DNA from: Vicinamibacterales bacterium
GTDB taxonomy: Bacteria > Acidobacteriota > Vicinamibacteria > Vicinamibacterales > UBA2999
NCBI GenBank assembly: GCA_036274155.1
Contig: DASUGH010000158.1
Coordinates: forward strand, 16,017-80,016
Reading direction: 5' to 3'
Length of the DNA stretch: 64,000 bases
Of this stretch, positions 47,269 through 54,598 are shown in pieces. The notes below the pieces were generated by a model. The model did no database searches. It was not told the origin of the DNA and saw only the letters and a program-made list of their open reading frames with translations. A program made the position numbers and the translations under genes. The first letter of the stretch is position 1. Each line of letters starts with the position of its first letter.

Positions 47269-48254
47269 TGGCCGAGCCGCGCACCTCATCCATCCTGCTC
47301 ATCTTGCCGTTCTTCGGCAGCCTGCCGCCATGGTCGGATCTGTACTTTCGTTCCTGCGCCGCAAATCCCACCGTCAACTGGCTGCTCGTGTCCGATCACG
47401 TGTTCGACCCGGGATCGCTGCCGCCGAACGTGCGCTGCAGGCGAACGACCCTGGCGGCATTGAAACAGCAGATCGACGCCATCGTCGGTTTCGAGACGGT
47501 GCTGCCCACTCCCTACAAGCTGTGCGACTTTCGGCCGCTCTTCGGCGTCCTGTTCGCACCCGAGATCCAGGGCTTCGACTTCTGGGGCCACTGCGACATC
47601 GATGTCGTGTTCGGCGACCTCCGGCGCTTTCTCCCCGAGACGACATTGAGTGCACACGACAAGGTGCTCATTCACGGGCACTTGTCTCTCTATCGAAACA
47701 ACGACGCCGCCAACAACTACTTCCGTCTGGAGGCGCCCGGACTGAGCTACCGCGAGGCCTTTACCTCGTCGGAGAGCAGGGCGTTCGACGAGTTTGGCGG
47801 TGTCAAACCACTCCTCGACCATCACCATATCGAGTTCTTCCGCAACGACGGCTGCATCGCCGATATCGATCCCTGCACTTATAAGTTCAACGTTCTCTGG
47901 TCGCACAACTATCGACGCCAGTGCTTCTACTGGGAGGCAGGTCGACTGTTCCGGGCGTTCTGGACCGGTACCAGTTACGGCCGTGACGAGTACGCCTACA
48001 TCCATCTGCAGAAACGTGCCATGGGCTCGGCCAGCAGACCGCTCATCGAAGCGGACGGCTGGTACATCACCCCTTACGGATTCGTAGCGAAGCCTCCCGG
48101 CCAGCCGGACGTCGCCGACATGAGGCGACTGAACCCGACGAATGTCATGTTCGACCTCAAGCAGGCGCTCGCGTCGTCGATGTGGCGGCTCAAGCGGAAG
48201 GTGCGCGGCGCGCGCACCAGTCGCGGGCTGAGTCCTCGAACAGCGACGCTCTGA
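47265..48254 (+). CDS. DUF6625-like putative glycosyltransferase
   Basis: ILLILPFFGSLPPWSDLYFRSCAANPTVNWLLVSD...FWGHCDIDVVFGDLRRF is the pattern I associate with DUF6625. Start GTG 47265 or ATG 47268, overlapping the previous stop. Confidence 0.65.
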   Translation: MMAEPRTSSILLILPFFGSLPPWSDLYFRSCAANPTVNWLLVSDHVFDPGSLPPNVRCRRTTLAALKQQIDAIVGFETVLPTPYKLCDFRPLFGVLFAPEIQGFDFWGHCDIDVVFGDLRRFLPETTLSAHDKVLIHGHLSLYRNNDAANNYFRLEAPGLSYREAFTSSESRAFDEFGGVKPLLDHHHIEFFRNDGCIADIDPCTYKFNVLWSHNYRRQCFYWEAGRLFRAFWTGTSYGRDEYAYIHLQKRAMGSASRPLIEADGWYITPYGFVAKPPGQPDVADMRRLNPTNVMFDLKQALASSMWRLKRKVRGARTSRGLSPRTATL

Positions 48255-48264
48255 CACGAGGCCG

Positions 48265-49167
48265 ATGAACGTCGTGATGGAACCGCTGGTGGACAACGGG
48301 CCGATAGGCGGCGACGATGCCGCGGTCGCTTCGCTGCCGGGAGCGCGCAAACCGACGTACGTGCTGGAGCCGCCGCGGAATGTCTTCGACCTCGGCGTCA
48401 AGGCGGTCTGGGAGTATCGCGAGCTGCTCTACTTTCTGATCTGGCGCGATGTGAAGGTGCGCTACAAGCAGACGGTCATCGGCGTGAGCTGGGTGATCCT
48501 GCAGCCACTGCTGACAACCGTCGTCTTCACGTTCGTCTTCGGCCGGCTGGCCGACATTCCATCGGACGGCGTGCCCTACCCGCTGTTGATATTCACGGCT
48601 CTGCTGCCGTGGAACCTGTTCGCCAGCGCGATCGGCCGCGGCGGCATCAGCGTGGTGAGCAGCGCCAACCTGGTCTCCAAGATCTACTTTCCCCGGCTCG
48701 TGCTACCGCTGTCGTCCGTTCTCTCGCCTCTGGTGGACTTCGTCGTCGGATTCGGCGTGCTCATCGGCATGTCGTTCTGGTACCGCTCGTTTCCCGGCTG
48801 GCCGGTGCTGGCTCTGCCGCTGTTCGTGCTCCTCACGCTGCTGACGGCGCTTGCCGTCGTGCTGTGGCTGGCCAGTCTCAACGTCCGCTACCGCGATGTC
48901 GGGCATGCCATTCCATTCATCGTGCAGCTGTGGATGTTCGTCTCCCCAGTCGTGTACCCGATCACCGAGGTCCCGCCGGCATGGCGATTCGCCTACGGCT
49001 TGAACCCGATGGCCGGGGTGATCGAGGGATTTCGCTGGGCTCTGCTGGGGAAGAGCCACCCTGACTTCCGGGTCATTGCCGCCAGCTCGATAGTGGTCGT
49101 GATTTTGCTGGTCCCGGCATTGCTCTACTTCCGGCGGACTGAGCGCACGTTCGCCGACATCGTCTGA
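48265..49167 (+). CDS. wzm: ABC-2-type polysaccharide export permease
   Basis: WEYRELLYFLIWRDVKVRYKQTVIGVSWVILQPLLTTVVFTFVFG plus six hydrophobic segments. Confidence 0.9.
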   Translation: MNVVMEPLVDNGPIGGDDAAVASLPGARKPTYVLEPPRNVFDLGVKAVWEYRELLYFLIWRDVKVRYKQTVIGVSWVILQPLLTTVVFTFVFGRLADIPSDGVPYPLLIFTALLPWNLFASAIGRGGISVVSSANLVSKIYFPRLVLPLSSVLSPLVDFVVGFGVLIGMSFWYRSFPGWPVLALPLFVLLTLLTALAVVLWLASLNVRYRDVGHAIPFIVQLWMFVSPVVYPITEVPPAWRFAYGLNPMAGVIEGFRWALLGKSHPDFRVIAASSIVVVILLVPALLYFRRTERTFADIV

Positions 49168-49227
49168 GCGACGGTCACGTCGCGCATGTGGCGCGTGGTC
49201 ACGCGCCACGAGGCTGTCACCGAAAAT

Positions 49228-50247
49228 ATGGACACTCCTGTCGCACTCATCGTCTTCAATCGTCCTGATCTCACGGAACGCGTCTTCGCCGAAGTGCGAC
49301 GGGCCCGCCCATCCACGCTGCTGCTGATCGCCGATGGTCCACGCGCCGCTCGGCCGACCGACGTCAGGAAATGCGCCGAGACCCGCGCGATCGTCGAGCG
49401 TGTCGATTGGCCCTGTGAGGTGCTGAAGAACTACTCCGACGTCAATCTCGGCTGCGGGCTGCGCGAGTCGTCTGGAATGACGTGGATCTTCGAGCAGGTC
49501 GAGGAGGCGATCGTCCTGGAAGACGACACATTGCCGCACCCGAGCTTCTTTCCGTTCTGTGAAGCGATGCTCGACAGGTATCGCCATGACGAGCGGGTGA
49601 TGCACATCTCCGGCGACAACTGGCTCGTCGGCGGCGAGGCGCCGTCGGGCGAGAGCTACCTGTTCTCGCGCTACTGCCTGTCGTGGGGATGGGCGAGCTG
49701 GCGGCGGGCGTTCCGGCTCTACGATCCGACGATCGCGCTGTGGCCGCGGGTGCGGGACACGGCCTGGCTGAAAGGGCTGCTGGGCGACAACCGCGCGGTG
49801 GAATACTGGAAACGGATTCTCGACCTGACTCATGCCGGCATGAAGTTCGTGGACACCTGGGACTACCAATGGCTGTTCACGATCTGGTTACACCATGGGT
49901 TGTCGATTCTGCCGAGCGTCAACCTGATCTCCAATCTGGGATTTGCCCGAGAGGACGCCGCGCACATGACCGGGGGAGCGGACGACCCGAGAAGCCGCAG
50001 TGCGACCGCCGAGATGCGGTTCCCGCTCGTCCATCCAGAATTCATGGCGCGCGACGTGCTCGCTGATCAGCGAATGTTCGACCAGTGCATCGCTCCGCCG
50101 CCGGTGCTTGGTCTTTATGGCACCGTGCGACAGAACATCGTGGACGTGCTGCCGACGCCGGTTCGACGATCGCTCTCTACGCTCAAGGCGCGATTGACCG
50201 AGCTCGCTGGCTCTGTCGATATCACGGGGCCACGTGTCGGCAGCTAG
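49228..50247 (+). CDS. GT-A-fold glycosyltransferase (GNT-I/HlpA-like)
   Basis: VALIVFNRPDLTERVFAEV...LLLIADGPR...AIVLEDDTLPHPSFF (EDD motif). ATG at 49228. Confidence 0.7.
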   Translation: MDTPVALIVFNRPDLTERVFAEVRRARPSTLLLIADGPRAARPTDVRKCAETRAIVERVDWPCEVLKNYSDVNLGCGLRESSGMTWIFEQVEEAIVLEDDTLPHPSFFPFCEAMLDRYRHDERVMHISGDNWLVGGEAPSGESYLFSRYCLSWGWASWRRAFRLYDPTIALWPRVRDTAWLKGLLGDNRAVEYWKRILDLTHAGMKFVDTWDYQWLFTIWLHHGLSILPSVNLISNLGFAREDAAHMTGGADDPRSRSATAEMRFPLVHPEFMARDVLADQRMFDQCIAPPPVLGLYGTVRQNIVDVLPTPVRRSLSTLKARLTELAGSVDITGPRVGS

Positions 50248-50355
50248 TCCGGAATTCACTTGTGAACTCCGGTGTAGCGGCGATGTCGCCTGGGTAGTAC
50301 GGCTTCGGCCGATGCACGATTGCCCTTCGTTGCCGCGAGCCGCGAGACAACGTCA

Positions 50356-51279
50356 ATGGACAGTCTGGTTTATCTCGTCTACAGTCCGGCCAACTCCGTC
50401 GATCAACTGACGTTTTCCGTCATGTCCGCCCGCCGGCTGCTGCCGTCGGCGGACGCTCTCCGGGTGCTCGTCTTCACCGACGATCCCACAGCGCTCGATG
50501 ACCTCGAGGTGCAGACAGTCACGATTGCGCCGGCCGTGCTGGAGGAATGGGCCGGTGCCCATCGCTATATTCACCGCCGCAAATTGCTGGCGATCAAGCA
50601 GGCGCTCCAGCAATTCGGGGGACGGGTGCTGTATTGCGATACTGATACCTACTTCCGACTGAGTCCTCTCGAGGTTTTCAAACGGATCGGCCGCGGACAC
50701 ACGCTGACGCATCTCTGCGAAGGATATTTGCACCGCGCCAAGGCCGGCGATCTCGCGGCGTTCGTCGATACCCATGAACTGAAAGCGCTCGACGGCAGCC
50801 GATGGGGCATCACGGCGGCGACGCGAATGTTCAACGGCGGCGTGGTCGGGCTGGACGCCGCTGACGCGGCGCTGCTCGACGAGGCCGTTCATCTCGTCGA
50901 CCAGCTGTATCCGCGGTTACGGCTCCACACCATCGACCAGTTCGCCGTCGGGGCGTGCCTGTCGCGCCGTACCTCGATGCAGGCCTGCGATGACGCCATC
51001 TATCATTACTGGCCGCAGCGGCCACAGTTCGCCGACCAGCTGGCCATCGTGCTGCACGATCCGTCTCTCCGCACTGACGAAGAGCGATGGCGTCGGCTCG
51101 AGCCGCACCTGCCGACGCAGGACCAGCGTGTGCACAACTGCTGGCCGTCACGATGGCCCGAGCGCCTGCGAATCGAGCTGCGCGACGTCGCCAAGCGAAC
51201 AGGCCTGCTGGGCCCATTGAGGAACACCGTGGCGGTCGGCCGCCGATTGCGCGGCAGCAGCCGTTCTATTTCTTCTTGA
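50356..51279 (+). CDS. Putative nucleotide-sugar-dependent transferase-like protein (DXD), uncharacterised
   Basis: ATG at 50356. LVYLVYS...LRVLVFTDDP...VLYCDTDTYF. The last gene of the plus-strand glycan block. Confidence 0.55.
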   Translation: MDSLVYLVYSPANSVDQLTFSVMSARRLLPSADALRVLVFTDDPTALDDLEVQTVTIAPAVLEEWAGAHRYIHRRKLLAIKQALQQFGGRVLYCDTDTYFRLSPLEVFKRIGRGHTLTHLCEGYLHRAKAGDLAAFVDTHELKALDGSRWGITAATRMFNGGVVGLDAADAALLDEAVHLVDQLYPRLRLHTIDQFAVGACLSRRTSMQACDDAIYHYWPQRPQFADQLAIVLHDPSLRTDEERWRRLEPHLPTQDQRVHNCWPSRWPERLRIELRDVAKRTGLLGPLRNTVAVGRRLRGSSRSISS

Positions 51280-52165
51280 ACAGGTTCCGCAACGCGTCGG
51301 AGGCGTTGATTTGTTCGTGAGTCATGCCCTGGGTGCCCCGGCGAAACCTGGCGGCGTCTTTGGGGATGGTGGGCCCAAGCTCGTTGCGGACCACGGCCTT
51401 GATCTTTTCCGCGAACTTCCTGGTGACCTCGACATTGGCGAGGATGAACCCCTCCTCCGTCACTTCCACCGGCCGGTCGCCGTACTCGGACGTGATCGTC
51501 GCGGTGTAGACGAGGAACGGCGCCGAGGCGACTTTGTTGGTGGCCCTGTTGATGCCGACCTTGTCCTCCATCTTCGCGAACGTTTCGACGTAAACGTCTA
51601 CCGGGAGGAACTCGGCTCCGCGGTCGAAGCTGGAAAAGCTCTTGGACTGCCCCGTCCGGAAGTCGTGGTCCCTGGAGTATCGGTCCACCTGCCCCTGATC
51701 CAGCGCCTTGATCACGGGGTCGTTGTCGAACTCCTTGCGGAGGTAGGGGAAGACGCCGTCCCTGGTGGTCGCCTTACGCAGGTTCTCGCTCACGACCGTC
51801 TGAAAGAGCGCCACCAGGATCGGATCGTTGGCGTCGCGCCTGGGAGCACTGGCGAGCGCGGACCGCCGTTCCTCTCTCTCCTTCTTCGCCGCGTCGGCTT
51901 TCGCCTGCGCCTCGGGGTCGTCGGTGGAAAGGATGTTGCCGTCCTTGTCCTTGACCGTCGTGGTCGTGGTGACGGTGCCATCTTTCTCCTTGATGGTGAC
52001 CGTCGTGGTCGTGGTCCCTTCGTTGTCGGTCTTGACCTTCGTCGTGATCTTCTTGCCGTCCTTGACGGTAGTCGTCGTAGTGGTGCTCGTTGCGCCCACC
52101 GCGGCAAAGCTCGCGAAGGTCAGGAGGAGGGAGGTGATGACGGCAACCGCTCGGATCTTCTTCAT
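51266..52165 (-). CDS. Secreted protein with Thr-rich tandem repeats and an unknown ~200-aa C-terminal domain
   Basis: ATG at 52165. Signal peptide MKKIRAVAVITSLLLTFASFAAVGA. Repeats TTTTTTVKDGKKITTKVKTDNEGTTTTTVTIKEKDGTVTTTTTVKDKDGN. The 3' end overlaps the convergent gene by 14 nt. Confidence 0.7.
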   Translation of the reverse strand: MKKIRAVAVITSLLLTFASFAAVGATSTTTTTTVKDGKKITTKVKTDNEGTTTTTVTIKEKDGTVTTTTTVKDKDGNILSTDDPEAQAKADAAKKEREERRSALASAPRRDANDPILVALFQTVVSENLRKATTRDGVFPYLRKEFDNDPVIKALDQGQVDRYSRDHDFRTGQSKSFSSFDRGAEFLPVDVYVETFAKMEDKVGINRATNKVASAPFLVYTATITSEYGDRPVEVTEEGFILANVEVTRKFAEKIKAVVRNELGPTIPKDAARFRRGTQGMTHEQINASDALRNLFKKK

Positions 52166-52321
52166 ACTTCTCGCCCGTGCATGGCTTCCGGTGATTGGAC
52201 CAGGGGCTCCGGGCGCCCCACCTTGATCCAATCGGCAATGTCGTCGAGAGCATGAAAGACGTCGAGTGGAACAGTCGATTGCGTTCGTGGCTACCGCGCA
52301 GGACCAGCGTTCCTCATGAGA

Positions 52322-52837
52322 TCAGATGACAGTGTTGAACCAGGCGGCTGCCAGCGCGATGGCAATGACGATCACCGCCTGGCCGCCGATGAGCACCGCC
52401 TGCACGCGGTTCGAGCGTCCCTTCAACGACGTATACCGTTGGCTGAGGACCGTCGGCACGAGCCAGGAGACAGCGAGGAGCGAATCGAAATAGGGGCCGC
52501 CGCCGTACCGTACTCTCCCCCACATCAAGGCCAGCACCAGCGCGAGCGTTCCGCCAAGCATGACCAGCGCAGCCTTGCGGGTGTCCTCCGCCGTGACGTT
52601 CGGGCCATGACCGGCGCATCTGAGTTGCAGCATCCTGGGCAACATCGTTCCTGCTCCTTTCGCATCGGCGGCCGTGGCGGCCGTCGACGACTGCGGGTTG
52701 AACCAGGCATCGACGGCGCCGGCAACGAGATCGATTGCCGTCCCGAACGATGCCGGCTGGGTTGCAATGAGCTCCGCCAGCTCGCGGCCGTAGCGGCGGC
52801 GCCATGCCGGCGGATACAGCCGGATCAGCCAGGTCAC
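52322..52837 (-). CDS. Membrane protein coupled to PadR (permease-prefix-like N-terminus)
   Basis: MTWLIRLYPPAWRRRYGRELAELI is the prefix typically seen downstream of PadR genes. Three or four hydrophobic segments. ATGA overlap with the PadR stop. Confidence 0.65.
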   Translation of the reverse strand: MTWLIRLYPPAWRRRYGRELAELIATQPASFGTAIDLVAGAVDAWFNPQSSTAATAADAKGAGTMLPRMLQLRCAGHGPNVTAEDTRKAALVMLGGTLALVLALMWGRVRYGGGPYFDSLLAVSWLVPTVLSQRYTSLKGRSNRVQAVLIGGQAVIVIAIALAAAWFNTVI

Positions 52838-53166
52838 GCGCTGGCCAGCCGCCTCTGGCCGACTTTCGCGACCACCTGCATGCTGGCGAGCCGGGCGCGC
52901 AGCGCCTTCTCGCCAACCGCCGTCAGCTGGTACGGATTGCGCCGGTCTTCGGCCTCGAGTCCCTCGATGAGGCCGCGCGATTCGAGCCGGGCGATGGCGC
53001 CGTAAAGCGACCCCGGCCCGAAGCGCACCCCCGCGAAGGAGGCGATGTCTTCGGTGATGGCGTAGCCATGCTTGGCGCCGTCGGCCAGGCTCACCAGGAT
53101 CAGCAAAGCCGGCTCGGCGAACCGGCCGAACTCGTCGAGATCGGCAACATCATCACGGCGTGCCAT
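52834..53166 (-). CDS. PadR-family transcriptional regulator
   Basis: LLILVSLADGAKHGYAITEDI...GSLYGAIARLESRGLIEGLEAEDRRNPYQLTAVGEKAL. Confidence 0.9.
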   Translation of the reverse strand: MARRDDVADLDEFGRFAEPALLILVSLADGAKHGYAITEDIASFAGVRFGPGSLYGAIARLESRGLIEGLEAEDRRNPYQLTAVGEKALRARLASMQVVAKVGQRRLASA

Positions 53167-53177
53167 ACTTCGTCCTC

Positions 53178-53207
53178 AGTATTACCGTGGACGTAGTATT
53201 ACTCTGG
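53178..53207 (-). promoter_or_regulatory. Direct repeat AGTATTACnnTGG x2 (17-bp phase) immediately upstream of the second PadR gene
   Basis: agtattaccgtgg at 53178-53190 and agtattactctgg at 53195-53207. In gene sense they contain TAATAC(T), a possible -10 or operator. Confidence 0.4.
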
Positions 53208-53327
53208 CGGTAGCACAGTGTCAAGGGCGCGCCCGGATGTCGAGCAACCGTTCATCACGTATCTCCCTGGCCAGCTGGTGTCTGTCGGCGGACCCGCCGT
53301 GCTCACCGGGAACGTGCGGCCGGGACT

Positions 53328-53462
53328 CCGCCAGGCCACACCGTTCGCTATCGCTTCGAGAAGACCGGCCGGTATCTGGTGATTTGCGGCACGCGTGTGC
53401 ATTCGCTGAACGGCTGGATGTTCGGGTTCGTGAACGTCGTCGGCACCGAAGCAACCAGGTGA
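53328..53462 (+). pseudogene. C-terminal remnant of a cupredoxin-like gene
   Basis: ...PPGHTVRYRFEKTGRYLVICGTRVHSLNGWMFGFVNVVGTEATR* has the Cys-x4-His-x5-Met arrangement and the 'G.Y.[YF].C..H...GM.G.i.V' flavour of type-1 copper proteins. The frame has no start codon back to the TAG at 53211. Confidence 0.35.
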
Positions 53463-53678
53463 CCGCAACCGCTGAAACCGGGGGCGCACGGACGGACCCG
53501 TTCGGCACGCGCCCATCGGCGGCATATCGCCGCGGCTGATAAGTCGACCGCGACATCAGCCCGCACTCTTCATCATGCGTGTGACGGGAAGCGGTTATGG
53601 ATGACTCATCGCTGGCGCCAATCTCATGTAGATTGAGGGACAGGCGGTCGGAGCCGCTGGGTAACGAGCAAATAGCCG

Positions 53679-54527
53679 GTGATCATCACACGCGCGCTCC
53701 GACGAGCCGTCCTCACGTCAGTCATCTGCGCGCTCGCGGCGTGCCACCCGCGCATCTCGCCCTCGAGTACGTGGGTGCACCGGCTGCCGAACGGCCCGGT
53801 GCTCACGGTCATTGGCGATCCCTCGTCCTCCGCCGGCGCGACGTGGACGCTCACCGGCATGATGGACGGGACGACCGTGGATCTCGAGGGCATTCTCGCG
53901 AAGCCACGCGGCAGGGGCCCTTTTCCGGCAGTCGTGCTCAGCCACGGCGCCGGCGGCAATGCCGCGTCGTACGGCCACCGCCTTGGTGCCGTGATGCGCA
54001 CATGGGGGCTGGTCTGTATCGCGACCAACTATACGCACGCTCGCGGGGTGCGCATCGGGGTGCCCGGCTCTTTTCTCGAACAGGGCGCGAGCTCGGCGAA
54101 CGTGTTCCGCGCTCACGCCGCCGTGACCGTGCTGGCGCGCCTCGGCTACGTCGACGTCCGGCGCATCGCCGCCCACGGTCACAGCATGGGCGCCTTCGTG
54201 ACCACCGCGTTTGTCGCCGCGTACCCCGGTGACGTTCGCGTCGCGTCGCACACTGCAGGAGGTGTCCTGCTGCTGAGCCCCGTCCACCTGGACGGGATCC
54301 CCGCTCCGAGCGAGGCGCAGGCCCGACGCATCCAGACACCCTATCAGTGGCACCATGGCCTCCTGGATTTCGCCGTTCCGTTCATCCTCGACCGGCGGTT
54401 CGACAGCGTCGTCGGCGGGCCGCACGAAGGCTACATCTACAACCGTTTGCGTCACACAGAGGTCGCCGAGGATTCCACCGTGCTGAAGCGCATCAGGACC
54501 TGGTATCGCGCGCACGGCCTTTTCTGA
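53679..54527 (+). CDS. Alpha/beta hydrolase (dienelactone-hydrolase/prolyl-oligopeptidase-like) lipoprotein
   Basis: Lipobox-like LTSVICALAAC. GPFPAVVLSHGAGG. Nucleophile elbow GHSMG. Confidence 0.8.
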   Translation: MIITRALRRAVLTSVICALAACHPRISPSSTWVHRLPNGPVLTVIGDPSSSAGATWTLTGMMDGTTVDLEGILAKPRGRGPFPAVVLSHGAGGNAASYGHRLGAVMRTWGLVCIATNYTHARGVRIGVPGSFLEQGASSANVFRAHAAVTVLARLGYVDVRRIAAHGHSMGAFVTTAFVAAYPGDVRVASHTAGGVLLLSPVHLDGIPAPSEAQARRIQTPYQWHHGLLDFAVPFILDRRFDSVVGGPHEGYIYNRLRHTEVAEDSTVLKRIRTWYRAHGLF

Positions 54528-54598
54528 CGCCCTTTCGCTTGAACCGCCCCGGGAACCGGGCCATAATGTCGGACCCATGCAAGTTATTGAGGGGGCAT

